A stretch of DNA of 50,870 nucleotides from IMG/VR virus record IMGVR_UViG_3300042561_000324, positions 1 to 50,870 of that record; one strand, written 5' to 3'. A program made the position numbers and the translations under genes. The notes beneath the pieces were generated by a model, which searched no databases, was not told where the DNA came from, and saw nothing but the letters and a program-made list of their open reading frames with translations. The stretch is from a virus. Lineage: Duplodnaviria; Caudoviricetes. The stretch's first letter is position 1, and every line of letters starts with the position of its first letter. This document shows, piece by piece, positions 9,036 to 18,885 of this stretch.

Positions 9036-10319
9036 ATGGCAGACACCGACAACACAGCAGAAGTAATCGCAGAACTGAAGTCTAAACCTCAAGTTCCGAT
9101 TAAGGGCAATACATCTGACTTCCTCAAGAAGTTCAGCAAACAACAAGCCGACGATGGCAAGCCAAGCGCGACCAATGTTGGAGACCCGAATCTCGGAATA
9201 CCTAAATACAATGAAGAAGAACCACCCGAAGAACCAACCGGAGTTACTGAAGCTGAAATCACGTCTGAACGGACAGGAAAGAAAAAAGGATTCGTTGAGC
9301 GACAAATCGAAGAAAACCGAAAGCTCAAAGAAGAACTGGAGAAATACAAGAAGGAAGAAGTTCCAAAGTTTGAAACCAAAATCCAAGAACTTGAGCGATT
9401 GGTATCCGAGTCAAAATCGACAGCAGAAACCAACCACTACCAAGAACAACTCAACAAAGCCAACCAAGAGAAGTTGGAAGTTGAGCAACAACTATCCGAG
9501 CAGATTAAAGAATTGCGAAGCAAACTGGATTTCCACGATATCGCAAGCAATCCTGACTTTAAAAAGAATTACCTCGATCCCATCAAAAGCACTTACGACA
9601 CTGCGCGGCAGTTGCTGGCGAATGATCCAACGCTTCTTTCAACATTCTCCCGTGCTGTCAATGCAAACGCCTCCATCTTCAATGCGGCATCCGAAGAAGA
9701 TCGTCGAGCGGCAGAAGTTGACCGCGACCAAGCGTTCGAGGAAATCACGAACTCGCTATCGCAATTCAAGCAATACCAGTTCGCGGAGCAAGTCAACAGT
9801 TTCATCAAAGCAACTCAAAACCACCACTCGGCTCTAGTTAACTTTGAAGAGACTAAGCAGGACATCCTTCAAACTGCAAAACAACGCGAGCAAGAAGGGC
9901 GAAACAGGTATCTGAACCAGTGGCGCGAAGGGTATAAAACTACCCAGCAAGAAATTGATAACGCTACCGCGATTCCTGACTCGCTGGCTGAATACATGAA
10001 GGAAAAGGGAATCAAGTATGACTTGTCCCGTGACGAAGCTATCGCTCTTGCCGCGACCCAACAGAGTAATGAGCAGGCATCGGTAGAAGATATGAACCGC
10101 CTCATCAACCAAGGCCGGGCGTATCAGAAACTACAAGCCCAACTAAAAGCATTGCATGAAATGGTGAAAGAGAAAGACGAGTATATCTCACAACTGAAAG
10201 GATCGTCACGGATCACATCATCGCCAAGTGCATCGGATTCCCAGAAGCCAAGAATGAGTCTTTCGGAGGGACTGGCCGCGAAGATCGCAAGATTCTCGCC
10301 GCAAGCAAGAACTGCATAG
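9036..10319 (+). CDS. Probable scaffolding protein
   Basis: Charged coiled-coil protein between portal and capsid. Confidence 0.65.
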   Translation: MADTDNTAEVIAELKSKPQVPIKGNTSDFLKKFSKQQADDGKPSATNVGDPNLGIPKYNEEEPPEEPTGVTEAEITSERTGKKKGFVERQIEENRKLKEELEKYKKEEVPKFETKIQELERLVSESKSTAETNHYQEQLNKANQEKLEVEQQLSEQIKELRSKLDFHDIASNPDFKKNYLDPIKSTYDTARQLLANDPTLLSTFSRAVNANASIFNAASEEDRRAAEVDRDQAFEEITNSLSQFKQYQFAEQVNSFIKATQNHHSALVNFEETKQDILQTAKQREQEGRNRYLNQWREGYKTTQQEIDNATAIPDSLAEYMKEKGIKYDLSRDEAIALAATQQSNEQASVEDMNRLINQGRAYQKLQAQLKALHEMVKEKDEYISQLKGSSRITSSPSASDSQKPRMSLSEGLAAKIARFSPQARTA

Positions 10320-10349
10320 CCCATCATTCCTAATTCTGGTTGTCATGGA

Positions 10350-10391
10350 GGGGGAGGTAGAGTCGATTGCTACCTCCCCCTAACTTTTTTT
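10350..10391 (+). terminator. Rho-independent terminator
   Basis: GGGGGAGGTAG/CTACCTCCCCC stem followed by TAACTTTTTTT. Confidence 0.8.
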
Positions 10392-10453
10392 AAAAATATC
10401 GCTTGACATAATAAATAGGCGATTGCAATGTGGCGCACAAGAGATAGCCGAAA

Positions 10454-10469
10454 TTATCGTTTACGATAA
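10454..10469. promoter_or_regulatory. Dispersed palindrome TTATCGTTTACGATAA
   Basis: Perfect arms; downstream of TTGACA (10403-10408) at the start of the capsid leader. Confidence 0.9.
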
Positions 10470-10646
10470 AATTAGGGATTCAGCCGCACTCTGGCTGGCG
10501 AGTTTTCGACCTCGCATGAAAAACGATTTCTGGACAGAATAAACTCTGGGTTGAGTCCAGCAGAGGAAACCAAGCACTCGCTTGCTATTCCTCTGTGGTA
10601 TAGTTTAGCAGTGCAAAACTAAACTAAACAAAAATCAAATAAATCA

Positions 10647-12056
10647 ATGAGCGATCAACTCTACTTCAATAGTTGTGCTGAAATTGACAGTTTCTTCCGC
10701 GAGGGCCGCGAGTATTTCAACGACCTCTATGTTAAGAAACTCGTCACCAACAGTGCATATTTCACCCGTTTCGAGGAGCAATCTTGGCCCTTGAATCACA
10801 CAACCGAGCAGAAGGCTTTCCGCTTTGGCCGTGGATTCCACGATCCTTGCAGCCCCTTCCGCACGATCACCGACACCTACTGCGAGACTGATTCTTGCGA
10901 TAGCAAACCCGAAGTCATCCAACGTCCCGGCACGGAGAGCTACACTTTCGAGCTTCTCCGCAAAGAGATGACCACTGACTGGATTTGCGTCGAGAGCCTT
11001 CTCTATCGCCTTTTCCCTGCTGAAGAGATTCTTCAGTTCGAGGAGTCCAATGCCCGTATCACCAAGAACGTTCACGAAGAGTTCCTTCGTAGCAACTATA
11101 TCGGTGGTGCTGGACACAAATGGATGGGTATCACCACTGATGACGGAACCTACTGCGGTCTGGTCGATGACCAAGCATGGTTCGTTCCAGAACACACCCT
11201 CAACAACGAAGCTGGTTACGACCTCTGCGCACTTCGCGTTAAGCTCGCTCCCGCCGATCTCAACAAGATCGCTTACCTCTCGCTTGATATGCTCGACGAT
11301 GCTCTCGTTGACCTCCAAGACGAAGATGACGCTTTCCGCCTTGATCTGCAAGATGCGACTGGTCAGCCTCTGCTCGACATCGTTATCCCTGATCCTCAAG
11401 TTGGCCGTGCGCTTTACTTCCAAGCCAAGCGCAACAATGGCTACTGGGATGCTAACACGGACTTCGATGAGCGTCTTACCCGTCTGAAGCTCGGCATCAA
11501 TCGTATCATTGGCGACTACGCTTTTGGTTACGACATCAACGCCGCTCGCTTCAACGCTGACACTGCCTTCAACGCATCGCTCGCTCCGTTCAACGAAGCT
11601 GATCCTGCTACTTGGGCGCGTCTCGTTCGCGTTCCTCGCTACATCAAAGTTGTGATGGAACAAGGTTGCGCCTACGTCCCGAACAAAGCCTACCGCAATG
11701 CCGACTTCGGTATCTCGGTTGCTATGGTCAACAAAGCCATGTGCAAATGGACGATGCCTTCCTCGACTGGTTACGGCCAAGCCCAACAGATGACCCAGAA
11801 CTACGCTGGTGATTGGGAATGGAAGAACCCTGATTGGGAGTGCAACCGCTGGCGTAAATCGGGCTTCTATCAAGCCCAGTTCCGTCTGGCCGCACAGGTC
11901 AAAGACCCAACCATCATGCACACCTTCCTGCATCGTATGCCGAAGAGCAAGAACCTCTATGGTTCCTGCTGCGAAGTTCAGAGCTACATCGTCCCTGAAA
12001 ACAATCAGGACTGCTATAGCTGCGCTGGCGTTGGTGACATCGTTGTGCCTTCCTAA
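10647..12056 (+). CDS. Major capsid protein
   Basis: 469 aa after the scaffold, strong high-expression codon bias, own upstream promoter/leader and downstream hairpin. Confidence 0.75.
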   Translation: MSDQLYFNSCAEIDSFFREGREYFNDLYVKKLVTNSAYFTRFEEQSWPLNHTTEQKAFRFGRGFHDPCSPFRTITDTYCETDSCDSKPEVIQRPGTESYTFELLRKEMTTDWICVESLLYRLFPAEEILQFEESNARITKNVHEEFLRSNYIGGAGHKWMGITTDDGTYCGLVDDQAWFVPEHTLNNEAGYDLCALRVKLAPADLNKIAYLSLDMLDDALVDLQDEDDAFRLDLQDATGQPLLDIVIPDPQVGRALYFQAKRNNGYWDANTDFDERLTRLKLGINRIIGDYAFGYDINAARFNADTAFNASLAPFNEADPATWARLVRVPRYIKVVMEQGCAYVPNKAYRNADFGISVAMVNKAMCKWTMPSSTGYGQAQQMTQNYAGDWEWKNPDWECNRWRKSGFYQAQFRLAAQVKDPTIMHTFLHRMPKSKNLYGSCCEVQSYIVPENNQDCYSCAGVGDIVVPS

Positions 12057-12066
12057 AGTTAAATAA

Positions 12067-12093
12067 GGGGAGGGGCTATTAAAGCCTCTCCCC
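12067..12093 (+). terminator. Hairpin after the capsid gene (terminator or stabiliser)
   Basis: GGGGAGGGGCT/AGCCTCTCCCC; weak U-tract. Confidence 0.55.
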
Positions 12094-12118
12094 GTAACCT
12101 TAAACAAAATCAAAATAT

Positions 12119-12733
12119 ATGTCTAATTCTCGACCACTCGCTTATGATCGTGTCAACCTGTTTGGCCCGACCGCCGTTAACCTCCTCGCTGCTGGAGACG
12201 CTGATCTCTTGGTTCTCAACGACCAAGACACCAAGTTCTTTCCAACTAGCATCGTTCTGGAAACCGCATACGCTCGCGGAACCACTGCCACCGATCCAGT
12301 TGTGATCGTTGACAACGGAACCACGGGTGAAAACATCACTTCCTCGCTGACCATCACGGACGGTCTTGATAACCAAGGACGCTACAATCCTCTTACGATT
12401 GCCGCCAATCCTTACGTCATCACTGGTGCTGGTAAACTCCGCTTGCTGAAAAGCACTGTGGGTGCTGGTCAAGCCACCGCTACTCGCTCCCGCACTTCGG
12501 GCGTTGCTACCATCGTTACTGCCGCTGCTCATGGATTCTCCACGGGCGATGTCATCACGATTGCCAGCATGACCGACACCTCGTTCAACGATGTGCAGGC
12601 GGAAGTTACTGTTGTTGACTCCACCACGTTCACCTATGCGAACGCTGGTGCTAATGTCGCTTCGGGCGCGGATACCGCTGGACGTGTTGGCGCACTCTAC
12701 GTGAATGCCTACGTTGTTGGTATCTACTACTAA
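12119..12733 (+). CDS. Virion structural protein (decoration/cement-like)
   Basis: Follows the capsid with similar codon bias; contains the AHGFSTGDVITI beta-module common in virion proteins. Confidence 0.6.
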   Translation: MSNSRPLAYDRVNLFGPTAVNLLAAGDADLLVLNDQDTKFFPTSIVLETAYARGTTATDPVVIVDNGTTGENITSSLTITDGLDNQGRYNPLTIAANPYVITGAGKLRLLKSTVGAGQATATRSRTSGVATIVTAAAHGFSTGDVITIASMTDTSFNDVQAEVTVVDSTTFTYANAGANVASGADTAGRVGALYVNAYVVGIYY

Positions 12734-12743
12734 TCATTAATCT

Positions 12744-12772
12744 GGGTGGGGGAGTTACATTCTCCCTCACCC
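12744..12772 (+). terminator. Hairpin / putative terminator
   Basis: GGGTGGGGGAG/CTCCCTCACCC. Confidence 0.55.
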
Positions 12773-12787
12773 TAACCATTTTCTATT

Positions 12788-13054
12788 ATGGCTTGCTTTA
12801 CCTCTCTACCCTACCGCGATAAAACCTATCCTTTCGTTCAGACGATTGCTACCGCCGCTGGCATTGAACCAATCTCTTTTGGTTGCTACGACTCGGCAAG
12901 CGATGCCGCCAAACTCTATCAGTTCTATGTTGGATTCGCAACCATTGGTGGCCTCACCCCAGTTACTCAAAATTGCTTTGTGCAAAAAACTGAAGACCAG
13001 CAATTCTTCCTTACTAATGAGGCTCTGTCTGCTGCTCTTAACCCTGTTACATAA
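12788..13054 (+). CDS. Small virion-associated protein
   Basis: 88-aa ORF with an internal C-F/Y repeat shared with the N-terminus of the next gene. Confidence 0.65.
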   Translation: MACFTSLPYRDKTYPFVQTIATAAGIEPISFGCYDSASDAAKLYQFYVGFATIGGLTPVTQNCFVQKTEDQQFFLTNEALSAALNPVT

Positions 13055-13070
13055 TTATCGTAACCGATAA
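13055..13070. promoter_or_regulatory. Dispersed palindrome TTATCGTAACCGATAA
   Basis: Immediately after a stop; 6 bp before the next ATG. Confidence 0.9.
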
Positions 13071-13076
13071 AATATT

Positions 13077-15167
13077 ATGCCAACTGATTCACAGTTCTTG
13101 GATGGAACAAACGATATTCAACGTCTTGCTATTTTGCGAGCAGCAGAGGCGCAAGGGACATATATTAGTCCATTAACGGATACTTGTTTCAAAGATGCAA
13201 CTGAAGATGTTCAGAGGCTTGAAATCCTTCGCGCAATCGAAGGCATATCTGGCGGCGGTGGATCAGGAACCGTTACAAGCGTAACTGGTGGAACTGGTCT
13301 TACTGGTGGAACAATTACCACTTCTGGAACACTTGCTGTTAGCTATGGAACTTCCGCTGGAACAGCCGCCGAAGGCAATGATTCTCGACTTTCGGACGCT
13401 CGCATTCCGACTGGGTCTGCTGGCGGAGACTTGACTGGCACATACCCAAATCCAACTGTAGATGGATTGCAAGGAACTCCGGTAAGCAATGCAACACCAG
13501 TCAATGGACAAGTCTTGCAATACAATGGAACAAGTTGGGTTCCGGGGACTATTCCTCCCGGTGGTTCTGGTGGTGGTGGTGTAATTTATTATTTGAATTT
13601 CAACACAGCAGCAGACGCTCCTGTAACAAATATTCCGCAAACACCAAACGCATCGAAAGAACTTGGAATTATCGGAGAAACAACCGCAACAAGTTATCTT
13701 TCACCAATTCTTTCTACAGGAAGCTACGACTTTCTCGCATCGTTTGTTACTGATCTCAATATTCCATCTGCCACTGCAATCCCCGCTGGCATTTGGGATT
13801 TCAATATCTTTGTAGAATCAACGACTACAAATTCTTCAAACCAAATTCGTTTCAAAGTTGAAGTTTTGAAATACGATGGAGTAAACGCTCCAACGCTCAT
13901 TGCAACTTCTAACGATGTTTACATCTACGATCCCGCTGAAATTAACCAACAGGTTGCATCGGTGGTAATGCCGCAAACTACGATTCTTGCAACTGATCGA
14001 ATCCTTGTTTATTTGTATGGACGAGCGAATCAAAACAACAATCGTCTTACATTCCATTTTGGCGGTAACTATCCATCACATACTCACACAACAATGCCAT
14101 CCGTCACAGGAACTGGCGTTGTTAAAGTAGTCAATGGCGTATTCCAATCACCAGCATCCACGATTGTAAATGCTGACGTGTCTGCAACCGCAGCTATTGA
14201 AGTAAGCAAACTTTCTCAAGCAACCAATCGAATTCTTGGCAGAACAACTGCTGGAACTGGATCGGTTGAAGAATTGAGTGTTGCAGGCAATCTTACGCTT
14301 GCATCTGGAACACTAACTTCACTTTCTCCTCAAATTGATATTTATACTGCATCAGGAACTTGGACAAAACCAGTAGGCGCAAGGGAAGTTGTAGTTCAAT
14401 GTGTGGCTGGTGGTGGTGGTGGTGGATATGGTGGCAAGCAGACTGCTGGAACTGCAGTTTTTGGCGGTGCTGGTGGTGGTTCTGGTGGTTATTCTCATGC
14501 TTCAATTAACGCATCAGAACTTACAGATGCAAGTTATACAATAACTGTAGGTAGTGGAGGAACTGGAGGAGTTGGAACTACTTTAACAAACGCTACTCTC
14601 GGAACGCTTACATCATTTGCTGGTATCACTCAAGGAACACTCGTCAGAGCTTCTGCGGGTGGGACTGTTGCTGGCAATGGAGGCACAGTCGCACCAACAT
14701 CAGGTGGTGCTGGTGCGCCAGCAGGAAATGGTGGAGGCGCGGCAAACATAACTGGAACTGGAGGTGCTGGTAGTGGAACAAATTTTTCTCCATCAAGTGG
14801 CGGTGCTGGCGGCGGTATAACTGCGGCGGCAGTTGTGGGAAATATAACAGGTGTATTCAATGGAGGAACGGGCGGAACTAACCATTTTGTTGGTTTGATA
14901 AGCAACGGAGGCGTTGCAAGCGCAACAGCAAATGGAGGTTCTGCAACTCCAACTACTCCAAGAACACTATCTACATTGATGATTAATGGCTCTGGTGGTG
15001 GCGGCGGCGGAGCTTGCTCATTTGCAACTGGGTCTGGAGGAAATGGAGCAAATGGTTCAGCATATGGCTCTGGTGGCGGTGGTGGCGGATCAACTATTGG
15101 TTCTGGAGACCGAAGCAACGGAGGCAATGGCGCACCCGGAGCATTAATGATTACAACTTACTTTTAA
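13077..15167 (+). CDS. Glycine-rich tail/head fibre protein
   Basis: GTVTSV, GNDSRLSDAR, GQVLQYNGTSW, SGTWTKP..GGGGGG fibre motifs. Confidence 0.8.
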   Translation: MPTDSQFLDGTNDIQRLAILRAAEAQGTYISPLTDTCFKDATEDVQRLEILRAIEGISGGGGSGTVTSVTGGTGLTGGTITTSGTLAVSYGTSAGTAAEGNDSRLSDARIPTGSAGGDLTGTYPNPTVDGLQGTPVSNATPVNGQVLQYNGTSWVPGTIPPGGSGGGGVIYYLNFNTAADAPVTNIPQTPNASKELGIIGETTATSYLSPILSTGSYDFLASFVTDLNIPSATAIPAGIWDFNIFVESTTTNSSNQIRFKVEVLKYDGVNAPTLIATSNDVYIYDPAEINQQVASVVMPQTTILATDRILVYLYGRANQNNNRLTFHFGGNYPSHTHTTMPSVTGTGVVKVVNGVFQSPASTIVNADVSATAAIEVSKLSQATNRILGRTTAGTGSVEELSVAGNLTLASGTLTSLSPQIDIYTASGTWTKPVGAREVVVQCVAGGGGGGYGGKQTAGTAVFGGAGGGSGGYSHASINASELTDASYTITVGSGGTGGVGTTLTNATLGTLTSFAGITQGTLVRASAGGTVAGNGGTVAPTSGGAGAPAGNGGGAANITGTGGAGSGTNFSPSSGGAGGGITAAAVVGNITGVFNGGTGGTNHFVGLISNGGVASATANGGSATPTTPRTLSTLMINGSGGGGGGACSFATGSGGNGANGSAYGSGGGGGGSTIGSGDRSNGGNGAPGALMITTYF

Positions 15168-15169
15168 TT

Positions 15170-15385
15170 ATGGAAATTGACGATTGGGCAATAATCAATA
15201 CGGCAGGCGGATGGCTTGAAATGGTTGTGCGTTGGGACGGAAATACCGAAACTTGGCCACTTCCCGAAGGAACATACGCAGTTCGCCGTTCAGAAATAAA
15301 TTTAGATTCTCTTCCATTAAATCCAGAAATTTTAAACGATCCAGTCGAGATTTTCGTTGACATCGAAGAAGCTGGATCATATTAA
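15170..15385 (+). CDS. Small fibre-associated protein
   Basis: MEIDDWAII..VVRWDG..W.LPEG pattern typical of genes after Gly-rich fibres. Confidence 0.6.
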   Translation: MEIDDWAIINTAGGWLEMVVRWDGNTETWPLPEGTYAVRRSEINLDSLPLNPEILNDPVEIFVDIEEAGSY

Positions 15386-15457
15386 CACTTTTATTGTTGA
15401 GGAATCAACATTAAAAAACAAAACACATAAAACTAAACTAAACAAAACAAATTAATT

Positions 15458-17251
15458 ATGCCAAACAACGACATCAATCGCACACGCTTCAGCAATCGTC
15501 ACCGTCTTCTCGGTGATCCAGCGGGAGCAGGCGCACCACAATCCGCTCTCACAGCAGAGTTGGCTCACAACGAAAACGACCAAATCCTCTACATTGGAAC
15601 TGGTAATGACGGAGCAGGTAATGCTACCGCCATTGTGCCAATCGCTGGTGAGGGTCACTTCTCGACCAAGGCTTATGCCGAATCTTTGACTGGTGGAGTT
15701 CAATCCGCCCTCGACGCAGAAGTTACTGCTCGCCAATCTGCAATCAGCGACCTCTCTAGCCGAGTTGACGCGATCGTATCCAACACGGATGCGGCAGCCC
15801 TTGACTCTCTTTCAGAAATTGTTGACGCTTTTCAGACAGCTGACGGTGATCTCTCGGGAATGATTTCCGCTCTCGGCGCATCGGCGACATCCGCCCTTGG
15901 TGCTGAAGTTGCTCGCGCTCAAGCCGCCGAAGCTGCCCTTGCTTCGGATATTGCTGATGAAGAAACCGCTCGTATTGCTGCCGATAGCCTCATGGCTAGC
16001 GACATCAGCAATTTGGTTTCCCGCGCCAACACCAACGACACTCGTAGCACCGCTATTGAGACTGCCGCTGGTCTTCTTGAAGGCCGTGTGAGTGAAGTTG
16101 AAAGCGACATCGTTGCGATTGAAAACGCTGCTACTTCCTTGACTGGTCGTGTTAGCACTTTGGAGAGCGATCTTGCTAGTGAAGTTAGCCGCGCTGAAGC
16201 TGCGGAGGATGAACTTGCGAGCGATCTTGCTGACGAGATTACCCGTGCGCAATCTGCCGAAGCTCAACTGACCAGCGATCTCGCTGCTGAAGTTACTGCT
16301 CGCACCGCCGCTGTTGCCGCAGAGAAAACCCGCGCTGAAGCTACCGAGGCGGCCATTGCTGCTGATCTCGCTAGCGAAGTTTCGGCCCGTGAAGCCGCTG
16401 TTGCTGCTGAAGTAACCGCTCGCACTGCTGCCATTTCTGCCGAAGCGACCGCTCGCGCTGCCGCTATCGCCGCTGAAACGACCGCCCGTGAGTCCGCTAT
16501 CTCGGCTGTTAATACCCGCGTTGATAACGTTCTCTCGAACATCGACCCAGCCGCTCTTGATAGTTTGACGGAAGTTGTTGCCGCCTTTCAATCGGCTGAT
16601 AGCTCCATCACAGACGCAATCACAAACCTGACCGCTGGTTCTGCAGCTGCTGTTGCCGCTGAAGAGACCCGCGCTCTTGCTGCTGAAGCCGCGTTGCAAA
16701 CTGCAATCAACAACGAGGTTTCTGCTCGCCAAACGGCTATCAGTGATCTCGCTTCGGAAATTGCTAGTGATATTGCTGACGAAGTTTCCGCACGTGAAGC
16801 TGCCGTGTCTGCGCTCCAGACCTCGCTTAACAATGAAGTAACCCGCGCTCAAGCGGCTGAAGCCCAACTGACGACTGATCTCGCCAGTGAAGTTACTGCT
16901 CGCCAGAGCGACGTTCAGAGCGTCCGCGACGTTACCGACAACCATGAGACCCGCCTTTCGTCGGCTGAAGGCACGATTGCTGGTCTTGGCACAATGTCAA
17001 CCCAGAACGCCAACAATGTAAACATCACTGGTGGTTCTATCAGCGGTGTTAACCTCCAAGCCTCCAGCATGGAGATCAGCGGTGCAGGTTCTACTGCACT
17101 CTACGTTGGTTCTACTGGTAATGTTGGTATCGGAACCGAGACTCCTTCAACTGCGCTCGACGTTGTTGGATCGGTCACTGTTTCGCAAGACCTCATCGGT
17201 TCTGGAACAAGCGCTCTCCGTGGATTCGTCCTCGCTGGCGGCACGTTCTAA
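15458..17251 (+). CDS. Long coiled-coil fibre protein
   Basis: Ala/Glu heptad repeats (EVTAR), two ALDSL.E anchor motifs, LGTMSTQNANNVNITGG, GNVGIGT. Confidence 0.8.
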   Translation: MPNNDINRTRFSNRHRLLGDPAGAGAPQSALTAELAHNENDQILYIGTGNDGAGNATAIVPIAGEGHFSTKAYAESLTGGVQSALDAEVTARQSAISDLSSRVDAIVSNTDAAALDSLSEIVDAFQTADGDLSGMISALGASATSALGAEVARAQAAEAALASDIADEETARIAADSLMASDISNLVSRANTNDTRSTAIETAAGLLEGRVSEVESDIVAIENAATSLTGRVSTLESDLASEVSRAEAAEDELASDLADEITRAQSAEAQLTSDLAAEVTARTAAVAAEKTRAEATEAAIAADLASEVSAREAAVAAEVTARTAAISAEATARAAAIAAETTARESAISAVNTRVDNVLSNIDPAALDSLTEVVAAFQSADSSITDAITNLTAGSAAAVAAEETRALAAEAALQTAINNEVSARQTAISDLASEIASDIADEVSAREAAVSALQTSLNNEVTRAQAAEAQLTTDLASEVTARQSDVQSVRDVTDNHETRLSSAEGTIAGLGTMSTQNANNVNITGGSISGVNLQASSMEISGAGSTALYVGSTGNVGIGTETPSTALDVVGSVTVSQDLIGSGTSALRGFVLAGGTF

Positions 17252-17273
17252 TCTGAACTAAAAACAAATAACA

Positions 17274-17309
17274 CCCTGCCGTTACAATGCGTAGCGGCAG
17301 GGTTATTTT
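17274..17309 (+). terminator. Rho-independent terminator
   Basis: CCCTGCCGTTAC/GTAGCGGCAGGG followed by TTATTTT. Confidence 0.75.
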
Positions 17310-17332
17310 GGCAATCTATTTTTAAAAATATT

Positions 17333-18046
17333 ATGGCACTTACAGACAACCTTCTCGCTTTTTATAAACTCTCCGACCTCTCCGACTCCTCCGGTAACAA
17401 CCACACCCTCACCAACAACGGCAACGTCACTTTTGCTTCTGGTAAGCTTGGAAATGCTGCTGTGTTTGATGGAAGTAATTATTTGTCACCAACTCCATTT
17501 TGGCAAAACGGAACATCTTTAACGGTTTCTTTGTGGGTTAAAACTACCGCTGAAAATTATTCTTATTTGATAGGCGGAAATGGGCCTAGTGATGGTTTTT
17601 ATGTTGTTATGAATGGTTCTGGATATGCTTCAGCATATGCTGGCGCAGAGTATTCAGAATTTGAAGGCCCATCTATTTTGGTAAATGATGGATCTTGGCA
17701 TCACATTGTTCTCAAGGCCAACAATGGATCTGCTACAATATATGTTGATGGCGTAGCAGGAACTTCTAATTCTATTCCAGAAACTATTCTTGAATCAGGA
17801 TACATGAGTATTGGTGTAAACGGAGAAGCTAACTTCGCGTTTTTAAACGGTGAAATGGACGCAGTTGGCATCTGGAACAGAGCTTTGAGTGATGCAGAAG
17901 TTGCTGAACTCTATAACAATGGCACGGGGCTGGAGATTGACAACAGCGGTGGTGGTGGCGGTGGTGGCGGCGGTGGTGGAAATCCAACGCTTGTCAAAAT
18001 GCAAGCTCCAGTTAAATTCTTCGGAAAAGTTAAATTTGGAGTCTAA
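17333..18046 (+). CDS. LamG/concanavalin A-like domain virion protein
   Basis: DSSGNNH, FDG, TVSLWVK, DGSWHHIV, YVDG, WNRALSDAEV. Confidence 0.85.
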   Translation: MALTDNLLAFYKLSDLSDSSGNNHTLTNNGNVTFASGKLGNAAVFDGSNYLSPTPFWQNGTSLTVSLWVKTTAENYSYLIGGNGPSDGFYVVMNGSGYASAYAGAEYSEFEGPSILVNDGSWHHIVLKANNGSATIYVDGVAGTSNSIPETILESGYMSIGVNGEANFAFLNGEMDAVGIWNRALSDAEVAELYNNGTGLEIDNSGGGGGGGGGGGNPTLVKMQAPVKFFGKVKFGV

Positions 18047-18052
18047 AATCAA

Positions 18053-18298
18053 ATGCCGTCCGAAACCGAAATCCCAACACGCATTCTCCCATTGCAGAGT
18101 TTAATCCCCGGTGCTAAACCAAGCACTGCTCAATGGATAGAACGCGAGATAGCGATCAACGTGACGGACGGCAAGATTTACATTCGGGTTGACGAGGCTC
18201 CAATCCTCGTCGCCGAACGTATGCCAACACCACCAAGCGACACAGGAACATTTGTTCTTAAAGTAGTAAACGGAGTTTACACTTGGGTTGAAGAATGA
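18053..18298 (+). CDS. Small fibre-type protein
   Basis: EIAINVTDGKIY resembles the fibre N-terminal GE.A.N..D..LY motif, also seen in 15458. Confidence 0.6.
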   Translation: MPSETEIPTRILPLQSLIPGAKPSTAQWIEREIAINVTDGKIYIRVDEAPILVAERMPTPPSDTGTFVLKVVNGVYTWVEE

Positions 18299-18333
18299 AT
18301 TGTTTGTTTTCTAAAATTTAGAAAATTAATTTT

Positions 18334-18555
18334 ATGATTGAGCAGGATGATATTCAAAGAACATTGGGAATTTTATCTGGAAAACTTGATCTTGTTTTAG
18401 AAAATCAAAAAGACTTTTGTAGCAAATTTGCTGATTTTGAAAAACGCTTGCGTTCTTTGGAATCTCATCGAGGATACGCATTTGGTATCATTGCGGCGGC
18501 AGCATTTGTTTGGACGATCTTTTTTGAATTTATTAAAAACAAAATCTCAAATTGA
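18334..18555 (+). CDS. Membrane protein (holin/XhlA-like)
   Basis: Short coiled coil plus C-terminal transmembrane helix, in the lysis region. Confidence 0.55.
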   Translation: MIEQDDIQRTLGILSGKLDLVLENQKDFCSKFADFEKRLRSLESHRGYAFGIIAAAAFVWTIFFEFIKNKISN

Positions 18556-18556
18556 A

Positions 18557-18715
18557 ATGAATAATAAAAAAATCGCACTTGGACTTATATTGATTTCGTT
18601 TGCTTTTTTCATAATGGCATTCTTGACCGGATGCGAAACTCTCGGAGTATCCCTAGAAACACAATATGGTCGGTTCACCTATGAGCTACCTCAACCAACA
18701 GGAACAAAGAAATGA
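18557..18715 (+). CDS. Small lipoprotein (spanin-like)
   Basis: MNNKK, hydrophobic stretch, then lipobox LTGC. Confidence 0.6.
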   Translation: MNNKKIALGLILISFAFFIMAFLTGCETLGVSLETQYGRFTYELPQPTGTKK

Positions 18716-18885
18716 AAATCGTAAACATACTACTTGAACGGCTATCAGAGAATAGCACATGGCGCGGATTGATCCTAATCGCTACGGCGGTAGGAGTTAA
18801 GCTGGAACCAGAACTTCAAGAGTCCATCATCGTCGCAGGGATAGGACTCGTGGGACTCATCAACGTTATCCGCAAAGGAAAATGA
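18712..18885 (+). CDS. Putative holin (57 aa, missing from the ORF track)
   Basis: MKIVNILLERLSENSTWRGLILIATAVGV..SIIVAGIGLVGLINVIRKGK; two hydrophobic segments; ATGA overlaps on both sides. Confidence 0.7.
   Translation: MKIVNILLERLSENSTWRGLILIATAVGVKLEPELQESIIVAGIGLVGLINVIRKGK

Noticed and set aside
10338-10346. GGTTGTCAT before the terminator, complementary to ATGACAACC at 8787
   Set aside because: Only 9 nt and no separate promoter; plausible by chance.
10644-12113. 489-aa antisense ORF mirroring the capsid gene
   Set aside because: Shadow ORF expected from the strong codon bias of the sense gene; no protein-like features.
15812-16945. 377-aa antisense ORF in the coiled-coil fibre gene
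   Set aside because: Shadow of repetitive GCT/GAA-rich codons.
17127-17142. GTATCGGAACCGAGAC as a palindrome copy
   Set aside because: Three mismatches, and explained by the common fibre peptide GNVGIGT.
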